The position numbers and the translations under genes are program-made. DNA of 64,000 bases from Verrucomicrobiales bacterium (lineage in GTDB: Bacteria; Verrucomicrobiota; Verrucomicrobiia; Limisphaerales; CAIMTB01): the NCBI GenBank assembly GCA_020845805.1, contig JADLFD010000186.1, forward strand, positions 16,034 through 80,033, read 5' to 3'. Below, piece by piece: positions 22,379-32,066 of this stretch. Numbering within the stretch: the stretch's first letter is position 1; every line of letters starts with the position of its first letter. The notes beneath the pieces were generated by a model. It made no database searches. It was not told the origin of the DNA and saw only the letters and a program-made list of their open reading frames with translations.

Positions 22379-22766
22379 GATAATAGTGGGTGTGCGCGCA
22401 GCCGGTCCGTGGGTTCGTTGGTACTGACTTGGGTGTAGGGTTGTCGGACCCAACCACGCGTTGCGCTGGGGAGAGCAAGCGGTGTGCCATGGGAAATTCC
22501 GCTTCCCAAGGGAGCGACGCTTGCGGCAACCGCTTCGCTCTCAAGTCCTAAGGATCCACTTGGCACTTGAGGGCCAAACAGACCTAGTCAGCTATAGGAT
22601 TCTCTTAGTGGAACTTCGTAAAGACTCTCGACGCCCGGCAGTGGACGGCCGAGGTGTTGGAGTGTCTAGCGACTTGGTCACCAACAGGATGTGCTCAATT
22701 CTGCAGCGTAAAGGTTGGTGATAGGGCCATCTGGCACGGGCAGGGAGCACCGTCTCGCAACGCGTT

Positions 22767-23525
22767 TCAGATCTCGATCAACACCCACTCCGGCGGGCAG
22801 CAGAACCGGACGGGGATCCACCATGTGCCGAGGCCACTGCTCACGTAGAGCGGTCCGGCCTTGGTGGAAAAGTGGCCGAGGTCGTAGCGGCCGACTCCTT
22901 GCGGGGTGATTAGCGAGCCGATGAACGGCAGCCGTACCTGCCCGCCGTGGGAATGTCCGGCGAGGATGAGGTCCCACTGGCCGGACAGCCGATCGGCCCA
23001 GCCGGGGTAATGGACGAGCGCGACGCGCGGGCGCTGACCCGCCGGGCCGGGATCGAGGGTCACGTTGTTTTGGCAGGAATGCCCGGCCAGGAGCACCCGG
23101 CCACTCCCCGCGTCCACGGTTTGGTCCAGCAACCAACCGCCACCGGTGGCGCGGAACGCGTCCTGCACCCGGTCGAAATCGATGCCGCTCCAATAATCGT
23201 GGTTTCCCGGGATTCCGTAGACCGGGAGGCGAAGCGTGCGGAAGCGGGTCAGGACTTCGTCCAGATGTTGCGCCTCCTCCACGAGGTCCCCGCCAAAGAC
23301 TGCGAAGTCCGGGCGCTGCTCGTGGATCTGGTCGATGACGCGGTCGAGCAGTCCCGGGTTTCCCTTGAAGTGGAGGTCGGTGAAGAAGGCGAAGGTGCAG
23401 GTGGGTCGGGGGGAGAGGCGCAGGTGGCGGCGACGCAGCCAGCGCGGTTCGAGGGCGAACCCCTGGAGAAGCGCGAGGAAGGGGGCGGCGAAGAGGGCGC
23501 GTCGGGTCCAGGCTCGGCGGTCCAT
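22767..23525 (-). CDS. Metallophosphoesterase
   Basis: FTDLHF, GGDLV, GNHDYW and GHSHGG motifs in canonical order. Confidence 0.85.
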   Translation of the reverse strand: MDRRAWTRRALFAAPFLALLQGFALEPRWLRRRHLRLSPRPTCTFAFFTDLHFKGNPGLLDRVIDQIHEQRPDFAVFGGDLVEEAQHLDEVLTRFRTLRLPVYGIPGNHDYWSGIDFDRVQDAFRATGGGWLLDQTVDAGSGRVLLAGHSCQNNVTLDPGPAGQRPRVALVHYPGWADRLSGQWDLILAGHSHGGQVRLPFIGSLITPQGVGRYDLGHFSTKAGPLYVSSGLGTWWIPVRFCCPPEWVLIEI

Positions 23526-23584
23526 GGCGGTTACGGTTGGTTTCCCTTTTGCCAGTCGTGCGAACCGGCCCTAATCATGGCGGC

Positions 23585-26050
23585 ATGCAACGGATTGTCG
23601 CGTTCTTCGCGGGCTTGGGCTGCCTGCTGGGGCCCTGTGCGATGGCCAAACTCCCGCCGGAGCGCCTCGCCGAGCTTCCGCCCGCCGTGTCGCGGGAGGT
23701 CGATTTCGTGAAGGACGTGAAGCCGATTCTCGAGGCGAGCTGCGTCAAGTGCCATGGGCGTGGGAAGAGCAAAGGCGGGTTTCAATTGGACACGCGCGAG
23801 ACCTCCTTGCGCGAGTCGGACTCGGGTGCGTCGATCCTACCCGGGAACAGTCGGGACAGCTATCTCGTGCATTTGGTGTCCGCGCTCGATCCGGCCGAGG
23901 TCATGCCGGACAAGGGGTCGCGATTGACGGCGGAGCAGGTCGGGATCCTGCGGGCCTGGATCGATCAGGGGGTCAAGTGGGAGTCGGGAGTGAGTTTTGC
24001 CCGCGAAGCGCATCGCAACCTGAAGCCCGGCCGCGTCGACATCCCGGCGGTTTCCGGCGGGGCATCGTCGCATCCTGTGGATCGCTGGATGGGTGTGTAT
24101 TGGGAGCGGCACGGAATCGCGCCTGGCGAGCGCGTGGACGACCGAACCTTTGCGCGGCGGGTGTATCTCGACGTGGTGGGGTTGCTCCCCACGCCGGAGG
24201 AGAACGCGGCCTTTCTGGCGGACCCGGGTTCCGACAAGCGCGAGCGGCTGGTGAAGGCGCTGCTGGCCGATCGAACACGGTATGCGCAGCACTGGCTGGC
24301 ATTCTGGAATGACCTGTTGCGGAACGACTATCGTGGCACGGGCTACATCGACAGCGGGCGCGAGCAGATCACCACGTGGCTTTATACGGCGCTGCGCGAG
24401 AACAAGCCCTTCGATCAGTTCGTGCGCGAGTTGCTGGATCCGGGGGAGAAGGGGCCGCGCGGGTTCACCAAGGGAATCGTGTGGCGCGGCGTGATCAATG
24501 CCTCGCAGACCCCACCCATGCAGGCGGCGCAGAACATTTCGCAGGTCTTTCTCGGGGTGAATCTGAAGTGCGCTTCGTGCCACGACAGCTTCATCGACGA
24601 CTGGCAGCTCACGGATGCCTACGGCATGGCCAGCATTTATGCGGACGAGAGCTTGGAACTGGTCCAATGCGACAAGCCGCTGGGGAAAAAGGCGCCGGTG
24701 AAATTCGTGTTTCCCGAGATCGGAGATCTGGTGGGCACCGCCTCGAAGGCGGAGCGCGCGCGCCGGTTGGCGGACCTGATGGTGAGCCGGGACAACGGGC
24801 GACTGCCGAGGACCATCGTGAACCGGCTGTGGGAGCGGTTCCTGGGCCGCGGGTTGGTTGAGCCGCTGGACGTGATGCAGAATCCGGCTTGGCACCCCGA
24901 GCTATTGGACTGGCTGGCGGAGGATCTGGTCGAGCATGGGTATGACCTGCAGCGCACGATGACGTTGATCCTCACCTCGCGGGCGTACCAGATGCCAACG
25001 GCACGCAGTCTGGAGGCGCAGCCCAAGGATTATGTGTTCCAGGGTCCCTGGCTGAGGCGACTCAGCGCCGAGCAGTTCCGTGATGCGCTGGGGCAGCTGA
25101 CGGGAGTTTGGTACGACAAGCCCGAGGGTGACCTCGACCGATTGTTGGTGGAGCGAGGGGAGGCGAAACCGCTCGAACGCGATGCGCTGTGGATCTGGTC
25201 CGATCCGCATGCGGCCTCCGGGGTGGCTCCGGGGCGCGTGCAATTCCGCAAGCAATTCGAGCTCGAAGTGATGCCTGAGGATGCGGTGGCGGTGGTGAAC
25301 GTGGACAACAACCATCGCCTTTGGGTGAACGGGAAGTCGGCGCGGAAGCAGAATGACATCCCGTGGACGGAGACCACGGTGGTGGATTTGAAGCCATTCC
25401 TCAAAGCCGGCCGCAATCTGATTGCGGTGGAAGCGGTGAACGGGGGAGAGGGGTCCAATCCGGCGGGCCTGTTATTCTACGCGCGACTGCGCGGGGCGAA
25501 GGGGAATCCCGTGATGGATGTGGGCAGCGATGCCTCCTGGCTGGTCTCGACCAACGCTCCGGACGACTGGCATAAGGTGGAGTTTGACGACGCGGGTTGG
25601 GGTCGAGCGCAGACCCTGGGCGGTCCGGATCTGGCGCCGTGGAACCTGGGCACGCAGTTCACGGCCACCGTGGCGGGGAAAGCGCCGGTGGGCAATGTGC
25701 GGGCCTCCCTCGTGGCGGCGGATCCGCTCGCCGTCGCGCTGGGTCGTCCGAACCGTGAGCAGGTCACCAGTGTGCGTCAGCAGCAGCCGACCATGCTGCA
25801 GATGCTCGAGTTGACCAACGGCAGCACGTTGGCCGGGTTGCTCAAGCGTGGCGCGGAAAAGTGGATGGCAGACGCGCGCGACGGACACGCGGTAACGATG
25901 GGGGTGTTCCAGCGCGGGTTGGGCCGCGCGCCCACGGAGCGGGAAGCGGCGTGGTCCGTCGCCATGTTGGGCGAGCGCCCGTCTGTGGAGGGAGTCGAAG
26001 ATCTCCTCTGGTCCGTGGCAATGCTACCCGAGTTCCAGTTCGTGCACTAG
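23585..26050 (+). CDS. PSCyt1 - DUF1549 - DUF1553 family protein with inserted beta-sandwich module
   Basis: Signal peptide, FVKDVKPILEASCVKCHGRGKSKGGFQLD, RRVYLDVVGLLPTPEE, CASCHDSFIDDW, C-terminal LLWSVAMLPEFQFVH. Confidence 0.85.
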   Translation: MQRIVAFFAGLGCLLGPCAMAKLPPERLAELPPAVSREVDFVKDVKPILEASCVKCHGRGKSKGGFQLDTRETSLRESDSGASILPGNSRDSYLVHLVSALDPAEVMPDKGSRLTAEQVGILRAWIDQGVKWESGVSFAREAHRNLKPGRVDIPAVSGGASSHPVDRWMGVYWERHGIAPGERVDDRTFARRVYLDVVGLLPTPEENAAFLADPGSDKRERLVKALLADRTRYAQHWLAFWNDLLRNDYRGTGYIDSGREQITTWLYTALRENKPFDQFVRELLDPGEKGPRGFTKGIVWRGVINASQTPPMQAAQNISQVFLGVNLKCASCHDSFIDDWQLTDAYGMASIYADESLELVQCDKPLGKKAPVKFVFPEIGDLVGTASKAERARRLADLMVSRDNGRLPRTIVNRLWERFLGRGLVEPLDVMQNPAWHPELLDWLAEDLVEHGYDLQRTMTLILTSRAYQMPTARSLEAQPKDYVFQGPWLRRLSAEQFRDALGQLTGVWYDKPEGDLDRLLVERGEAKPLERDALWIWSDPHAASGVAPGRVQFRKQFELEVMPEDAVAVVNVDNNHRLWVNGKSARKQNDIPWTETTVVDLKPFLKAGRNLIAVEAVNGGEGSNPAGLLFYARLRGAKGNPVMDVGSDASWLVSTNAPDDWHKVEFDDAGWGRAQTLGGPDLAPWNLGTQFTATVAGKAPVGNVRASLVAADPLAVALGRPNREQVTSVRQQQPTMLQMLELTNGSTLAGLLKRGAEKWMADARDGHAVTMGVFQRGLGRAPTEREAAWSVAMLGERPSVEGVEDLLWSVAMLPEFQFVH

Positions 26051-26093
26051 GCGCGAGGAACCCGCTGGTGAGCGCGGGGGAGGGTGGGGTGGG

Positions 26094-28175
26094 TCAGTTG
26101 GCCGGCAGTCCGTAATCGAGGTCGAAGGCCGGCATGGGGCCGCGGGGACCCACGAGGTAGTGCTCGAACCACTGCAGCATGCGCAGGTGGTAGTCGTAGC
26201 GTGCGGCCGCCTTGCGGTTGCCGTGGCCTTCACCGGGGTAAAGCACCAGGCGCACCGGCGCGCGGCTGCGCAGTTTGAGGTGCCGATACATCTCCTTGGA
26301 TTGCCCGGGGTGGACGCGCGGGTCATCCGCGCCGTGGAGAATCAGCAGCGGCGTGCGGGCGTTGCCGGCGTGGTAGATGGGGCTGCGTTCCAACAGGAAT
26401 TGCCAATCGTCCCACGGCCGCTTTCGCGCGTGCACGAGATACTCCTCATCCGGGATGTCGGTCGTGCCCACCTTGGAGAGTTTGTCGCTGATCCCCACGA
26501 ACATGACGCCCGCGGCAAAGCGCTCCGAATAGCGGGTGCTGCACCAAGCGGTGGCGTAGCCGCCGTAGGAGCCGCCCGTGACGCCGACTTTGGTGGTGTC
26601 GACCAACCCGATCGCGACCAGGTGATCCACGGCATCCACGAGATCGTCGAACTCCTTGCCCGCGGCGTCGCCCTGTCCGAGTTGGGAGAACGCGACCCCG
26701 CGTCCGGTGCTGCCGCGGTAGTTCGGGTAGAACACGGCGAAACCACGCGCCGCGGCGACCTGGCCAGGATTCGAATAGGATGTGATCCAGCCGTCGCTCA
26801 CATGCGCCTCGGGGCCGCCATGGACCGTGAGCAGGAGCGGGTACCGGGTGCCTGGCTGCTCCTCCAGCGGGTGCACGAGGATGCCTTCGAGTTCCAGTCC
26901 GTCGCGGGCGCGGTGTCGGATGACCTCCTGTCGGGCGAAACGCAGGCGGGCAAGATTCGGATCGCTGCTGGTCAGGCGCGTGGGCTGGGCGGGAGCGGTC
27001 AGGTCGAGGGCAAACGCCTCGGCGGGATGGCGTGCGGTGTGCCCGGCGAAGGCAGCGCTCTGGCCGTCCCGCGAAACGGAGAGGGCGGTGACGATGGGAC
27101 AAGCGTCCGACGGGGTGAGCACCCGGTATGGGGTGGCGGGGGCCGCCAAAGTGACTTCGCCGATCATCGATTTGGTCCCAACCCCGGCGGCGAACAGGAG
27201 GGTGGAGGCATTGCGCCAGGCGACGTGCGTGACCTCACCCTCGAACGCCGGCAGGAGATCGCGCGGCTTTCCGTCGGTCACCGGCGCCAGAAGCAATCGG
27301 CCGGCGGAGGGGTCGTGTTCGTCGGCACCGGCGATCAAGGCGAGGTGCCGCCCGTCCGGGGCCCAGGCCAGGGCGCCGAGTTTGCCGGAGTGATCGAGCG
27401 TCAGGAGGCGAGTGCCGGTCGCTGGATCGAAGATCTGCACCTGCTGCCGCATCAGGCTGTCATCCACCGAGGGCGTGGGCGTGGTCACCACCGCGATGCG
27501 GTCACCGGCAGGGCTCCAATGAACCTGGCGGACGGCGCCTTCGGTTTGGAGGGGAACGGCGTTCGTGGCGGCATCCTCGGGAAAGCGAGAGATCCAAGCG
27601 CGGGCGTTCTCCCAATCCTCCTCGAAGATCTCCTGCTTGAATCCCTTTTCCTTGAGCTTCTTGCGCGACTCGTTTTCGGCGGGGAGGGACACCGTGACCA
27701 CACGTGCGCCGTCCGGGGACAGGGAGTAATCGGCGATATCGTTCTTGAGCGTCAGGGCGCGGCGGGCCTCGCCGCCGCCGAGCGCGATGCGGTACAGACT
27801 CTTGAATTTGTCGTCGCCGCGTTTGCTGAGAAAGACGAGGTGACTGGCGTCCTGGGTCCAGGAGACTTTCTGGACATTGACCTTGCCGGTGATGAAGGCG
27901 GACTCGGTGCGATCGCGGCGACGCGCGACATGCAGTTCGTTCCAGGCTTCCCCGTCCTCATCGAGGCCCGGCTTGCGCGGCACTGACCGGACGAACGCGA
28001 CCTGGGTGCCGTCGGGGGAGAGCGCCACCTCGGCCACCGTCTTGAGCTCCGCGACCAGTTGGGGCGTGAGGACGTTGGTGTCGGCGGCTTGGAGGGCGGC
28101 CGGGGCGATGGCCAGCATGACCCCGGCGAGTGAAAGGGCCAGAGGCAGGAGCAGGGCGGGAGTGAACCGACTCAT
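26094..28175 (-). CDS. S9 family serine peptidase (beta-propeller + prolyl oligopeptidase-type catalytic domain)
   Basis: Signal peptide MSRFTPALLLPLALSLAG. Catalytic GGSYGGY, HGADDPRV and GEGHG motifs. Confidence 0.9.
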   Translation of the reverse strand: MSRFTPALLLPLALSLAGVMLAIAPAALQAADTNVLTPQLVAELKTVAEVALSPDGTQVAFVRSVPRKPGLDEDGEAWNELHVARRRDRTESAFITGKVNVQKVSWTQDASHLVFLSKRGDDKFKSLYRIALGGGEARRALTLKNDIADYSLSPDGARVVTVSLPAENESRKKLKEKGFKQEIFEEDWENARAWISRFPEDAATNAVPLQTEGAVRQVHWSPAGDRIAVVTTPTPSVDDSLMRQQVQIFDPATGTRLLTLDHSGKLGALAWAPDGRHLALIAGADEHDPSAGRLLLAPVTDGKPRDLLPAFEGEVTHVAWRNASTLLFAAGVGTKSMIGEVTLAAPATPYRVLTPSDACPIVTALSVSRDGQSAAFAGHTARHPAEAFALDLTAPAQPTRLTSSDPNLARLRFARQEVIRHRARDGLELEGILVHPLEEQPGTRYPLLLTVHGGPEAHVSDGWITSYSNPGQVAAARGFAVFYPNYRGSTGRGVAFSQLGQGDAAGKEFDDLVDAVDHLVAIGLVDTTKVGVTGGSYGGYATAWCSTRYSERFAAGVMFVGISDKLSKVGTTDIPDEEYLVHARKRPWDDWQFLLERSPIYHAGNARTPLLILHGADDPRVHPGQSKEMYRHLKLRSRAPVRLVLYPGEGHGNRKAAARYDYHLRMLQWFEHYLVGPRGPMPAFDLDYGLPAN

Positions 28176-28311
28176 GCGCGTGATTGTGGCAAAGGGACCG
28201 GAGCGAGACGAGGAGAAGGCGTGCAGGCGATGGACTAGGGGGGCGGCGGGGGAGGTTGTGCTCACCGATCCCTTGACGCCGTGGCGGGCCTCCGGGTCAC
28301 AGTCCGGCACC

Positions 28312-28911
28312 ATGCACGTGCATCGATTGGGTCGGACGCGCACCGCGTCGTTGGCGCTGGTGTTGGTGGTGGCGCTCTCGGGGTGGGGAGGCCTCTCGGC
28401 TTCGGACTGGAAGGACGTTTTTGGCGGTCAGGGGTTGGGCGGTTGGGTGTCGATGCACGAGGCACGATTCCAGCCCGCGGAAGGGGGCGTTCAACTGGCG
28501 GGGGGCGTCGGGTGGCTGCGGTCGGACCGCGAATATGGGGATTTCGAGTTCGAGTGCGAGGTGCGGCCGCGGGTGGAGCGATACGACAGCGGGCTGATCT
28601 TCCGGGCGGGGCTGGAAGGCAAGCCGTGGCCCACCGAGTACTGGCTGGTCAACCTGCGCCGCGACATGTGGGGCACTTTGGTCAAGGGCACCAAGCGCGT
28701 CGCGCTTTCGACGGCCGAAGGTCCGGACATCGAGGACGAAACGCCCTGGACGCGACTGAAACTCACGGTGAAGGGCGCGAAGGCGGCGTTGGAACTGAGC
28801 GGAAAACTGGCTTGGGAGTTTGACGGGATCGATCGCGCCCGCGGCTATGTGGGGATTCAGGCGGAGGAGCGCGCCTTCGACTTTCGCAAGGTTCGGATCC
28901 GTGAGCTGTGA
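28312..28911 (+). CDS. DUF1080 domain protein
   Basis: Signal peptide, then WKDVFGGQGLGGWVSM...YGDFEFECEV...DSGLIFR...YVGIQAEERAFDFRKVRI. ATG at 28312 inside track ORF 27877..28911. Confidence 0.75.
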   Translation: MHVHRLGRTRTASLALVLVVALSGWGGLSASDWKDVFGGQGLGGWVSMHEARFQPAEGGVQLAGGVGWLRSDREYGDFEFECEVRPRVERYDSGLIFRAGLEGKPWPTEYWLVNLRRDMWGTLVKGTKRVALSTAEGPDIEDETPWTRLKLTVKGAKAALELSGKLAWEFDGIDRARGYVGIQAEERAFDFRKVRIREL

Positions 28912-28994
28912 GCCTTCGCTCCGCGGTCGGCGGCGGGCGGGGGAAGCCGGGCGGAAGACTTTGCATTGAAACCGAAGCTGCTATTCTGAACGGC

Positions 28995-30497
28995 GTGCGC
29001 ACGCCCGACTACAGCCGACGGGAATTCGTCAAGACGCTGTCCAGCGCCACCCTGGGAGCGCTTTCGGCCGGCGCGCCCAAGGCGTGGGGGAGCGGAGGGG
29101 GGAAGTTGCTGGATGCCACCGCGGACTCCGTGATCGTCCTGTGGATGGGCGGCGGCATGGCGGCGACGGAGACTTTCGATCCGAAGCACTACACCCCGTT
29201 TGAGAAGGGGATGGATCCGGCGCGGGTGCTCTCGACGTTTCCCGCCATTCCGACGTCGGTGGACGGTCTGAACATCACCGCGGGACTCGAGCGTCTGGCG
29301 CGGGTGATGGATCGCGGGACATTGATCCGCACGTACACGGCGGGGGATCTCGGATTCATCCTGCATTCGCGCCATCAGTTTCACTGGCACACCGGGTACG
29401 CGCCGCCGCAGACGGTGGCCTGTCCGCACCTGGGCTCCTTCATTGCGCGCACCCTGGGTCCGCGCGATCCGGCGATGCCGGCGTTCATCAACATCGGACA
29501 ACGCTTTGACGGGGGGGAGGGCGAGGAGCTCAAGGCATTCACCACCGCCGGATTCCTGGGCAGCGAGCACGGTCCGTTCAACGTGCCCTTTCCGGACGCC
29601 GCGAAGGACGTGGTGACCCCCCCGGGCGGTATGAGTCCGGGGCGGTTTGCGGATCGCGAGCGGTTCTATCGCGGGCTGGTGGACGCCTCCCCAGTGGGGC
29701 AGTTGGGCAGCGACTTTCAGCGCGCGTCCCTGGTGCGGTCGCTCGACAACGCGTACCGCCTCCTGAGTTCGAAGGCGGCGAAGGCGTTTGACCTGGCTGA
29801 GGAGAAGCCCGAGACGGTGGCGAAGTACGTTCCGGGCGGATGGGATTTCTCGCAGCGGTTGGGAGGCGATTTCGTGCGCGATGGCAGTTACGAGGAGAAG
29901 AACATCCAGCGATTCGGACTCGGTTGTTTGCTGGCCCGGCGTCTGGTGGAGGCAGGGGCGCGCTTCATCGAGGTGACCACCGAGTACATTCCCTTCCTGA
30001 ACTGGGACACCCATGAGCATGGGCACGAGAAGCTCGTGAACATGAAGCGCGCGATCGATGGGGCGGTGGCGCAACTGGTGCTCGATCTCGAGGAGCGCGG
30101 CTTGCTGGATCGCACCCTGATCGTGCTCGCGAGCGAGTTCAGCCGCGACATGATGCAGGAGGGCAAGCCCGACCAGCCGGTGAAGGACCAGGTGCCGGTT
30201 CCGACCAAGCTCGAGGAGTTGACGCACTACGGCATGCACCGGCATTTCACCGATGCCGGCTGCGTGCTGATGTTTGGCGGCGGCATGAAGGCCGGGCACG
30301 TCCATGGCGTCACGGCGGACGAACGCCCGTGCAAGACGATCAAGGACCGCGTGGTGATCGAGGATTTGCACGCGACAATTTACCGGGCGCTGGGGATTCC
30401 GGCGGACCTGGCCTACGAGATCGAGAAGCGACCGTTTTACGTGACTCGGGATGGGCTCGGGAAGCCGATCAGCAGCCTGTTCCGTCGCACCGTTTGA
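28995..30497 (+). CDS. DUF1501 domain protein (sulfatase-fold) with Tat signal
   Basis: Tat-like SRREFVKTLSSATLGALSAG. DUF1501 hallmarks NWDTHEHGH, VLASEFSRD, GGGMKAGHVHG, DLHATIYRALGI. Start ambiguous: GTG at 28995, or GTG at 28908 overlapping the upstream stop. Confidence 0.85.
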   Translation: MRTPDYSRREFVKTLSSATLGALSAGAPKAWGSGGGKLLDATADSVIVLWMGGGMAATETFDPKHYTPFEKGMDPARVLSTFPAIPTSVDGLNITAGLERLARVMDRGTLIRTYTAGDLGFILHSRHQFHWHTGYAPPQTVACPHLGSFIARTLGPRDPAMPAFINIGQRFDGGEGEELKAFTTAGFLGSEHGPFNVPFPDAAKDVVTPPGGMSPGRFADRERFYRGLVDASPVGQLGSDFQRASLVRSLDNAYRLLSSKAAKAFDLAEEKPETVAKYVPGGWDFSQRLGGDFVRDGSYEEKNIQRFGLGCLLARRLVEAGARFIEVTTEYIPFLNWDTHEHGHEKLVNMKRAIDGAVAQLVLDLEERGLLDRTLIVLASEFSRDMMQEGKPDQPVKDQVPVPTKLEELTHYGMHRHFTDAGCVLMFGGGMKAGHVHGVTADERPCKTIKDRVVIEDLHATIYRALGIPADLAYEIEKRPFYVTRDGLGKPISSLFRRTV

Positions 30498-30498
30498 C

Positions 30499-31956
30499 AT
30501 GCCTAACTATCAGCAGTTCATCGCCGGCGAATGGGTGGAGTTGGCCGGCGGCCGCACGTTTCAAACCCTGAACCCGGCGGACACCCGCGAGGCGGTGGGG
30601 GTGTATGCCGCGGGCGGTGTGACGGAGGCGCGTGATGCCTTCGATGCGGCGGCGCGTGCCTTTCCCGGGTGGGCGGCGCAGACCCCGGTCGCGCGCGGGC
30701 GGGTGCTGAGCGCCGCGTCGCAGATCCTGCTTGGCCGCAAGGCGGCGCTGGCGGAGTTGCTGACGCGCGAGGAGGGCAAGACCCTCGCCGAGGCCACCGG
30801 AGAGGTGCAGCGCACCGCCGACATCCTGCGGTTTTATGGGGGCACCAGTTACACCCTGGGCGGCCAAACCCTGCCACACGACCTGCCCGGTAATTTTCTC
30901 TACACACGCCGCGACCCATTGGGTGTGGTGGGGTTGGTGACGCCTTGGAATTTTCCCATCGCCATTCCGGCGTGGAAGATGGCGCCGGCGTTGTTGTGCG
31001 GAAACGCCGTGGTCATCAAGCCGGCGAGCGCCGCACCGGCCATGACGTTCGAGGTGGCGCGGGCGCTCAGCGAGGCGGGACTGCCCAAGGGCGTGCTGAA
31101 CGTGGTCAGCGGCGAAGGTCGTGCCTTCGGCGAGGAGATGGTGCGGCATCCGGCGTTGGCCGCCGTCAGTTTCACAGGCTCCCGCACGGTGGGCACCGCG
31201 CTCTACACGGCGCTCGCGCCGCGGATGGTGCGTTCCCAGATGGAGATGGGCGGCAAGAACCCCACCCTGGTGCTGGCGGATGCCGATCTCGACCTGGCCG
31301 CGCGGCTGGTGGCCATCGCGGGTTTCGGCCTCACCGGACAGGCCTGCACCGCGACCAGTCGCGTGATCGTCGAACGCGCGGTGCTCGAGCCCTTCGTCGA
31401 AAAGCTCGTGGCGCGCGCGCGCGCCATCGTGGTGGGGAACGGGCTGCGCGAAGGCGTGACCATGGGGCCGGCGGTGAGCGAGGCCCAGCTGAACACCAAT
31501 CTGGAAGCCGTGCGGGTGGCGGTTTCCGAAGGGGGCACGGTGGTGACGGGCGGCCGCCGGTTGACCGAGGGCGGTTGCGAGCATGGCTGGTTCATGGAGC
31601 CGACCGTCGTGACTGGGGTGAAGACCGCGAGCCGGCTGGCGTGCGAGGAAGTCTTCGGGCCCGTCGTGGGCGTGCTGGCGGTGGATTCGTTCGACGAGGC
31701 GATCCAGGTGGCCAACAGCGTCGAGTTTGGCCTGAGCGCGAGCCTGGTGACGCGCGACTTCGCCAAGGCCATGCGCTACGTCGATCGCATCCAGGCGGGG
31801 GTGGTGAAGGTGAACCAGATCAGTACCGGCCTGGCCTTGCAGGCGCCGTTCGGAGGAGTGAAGGGGAGTAGCACCGACAGCTTCCGCGAGCAGGGCCTGG
31901 CGGCGCTCGATTTCTACACCCGCAGCCGGACGGTTTACCTGGATTACTCGGCCTAG
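30499..31956 (+). CDS. NAD(P)-dependent aldehyde dehydrogenase family protein
   Basis: FTGSRTVG, EMGGKNP and catalytic-Cys motif GQACTATSR. The ATG lies 1 nt after the DUF1501 stop. Confidence 0.9.
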   Translation: MPNYQQFIAGEWVELAGGRTFQTLNPADTREAVGVYAAGGVTEARDAFDAAARAFPGWAAQTPVARGRVLSAASQILLGRKAALAELLTREEGKTLAEATGEVQRTADILRFYGGTSYTLGGQTLPHDLPGNFLYTRRDPLGVVGLVTPWNFPIAIPAWKMAPALLCGNAVVIKPASAAPAMTFEVARALSEAGLPKGVLNVVSGEGRAFGEEMVRHPALAAVSFTGSRTVGTALYTALAPRMVRSQMEMGGKNPTLVLADADLDLAARLVAIAGFGLTGQACTATSRVIVERAVLEPFVEKLVARARAIVVGNGLREGVTMGPAVSEAQLNTNLEAVRVAVSEGGTVVTGGRRLTEGGCEHGWFMEPTVVTGVKTASRLACEEVFGPVVGVLAVDSFDEAIQVANSVEFGLSASLVTRDFAKAMRYVDRIQAGVVKVNQISTGLALQAPFGGVKGSSTDSFREQGLAALDFYTRSRTVYLDYSA

Positions 31957-32066
31957 CCGCCCTCCGACCGGCGGCCTCCCCCCCATTCACGGTCCGGGTG
32001 GGCGCGGGAAGGCGCGGAGAATCACCCCTTGTTCCCGGGGGACACCCCGGGACAGACTGCCGCGCC

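Noticed and set aside
22461-22721. 86-aa ORF inside the long intergenic region
   Set aside because: It has no start context, an Arg-rich odd composition, and overlaps the hairpin series. It is more likely non-coding (see the finding on 22379-22766).
26160-27986. 608-aa plus-strand ORF opposite the S9 peptidase
   Set aside because: The minus strand has the catalytic triad motifs (GGSYGGY, DDPRV, GEGHG). The plus-strand translation is Gly/Arg/Ala-rich with no motifs.
28857-31986. 547-aa and 505-aa minus-strand ORFs opposite DUF1501 and the aldehyde dehydrogenase
   Set aside because: The plus strand carries the DUF1501 and ALDH catalytic motifs. The minus-strand products are Arg/His/Gly-rich shadows.
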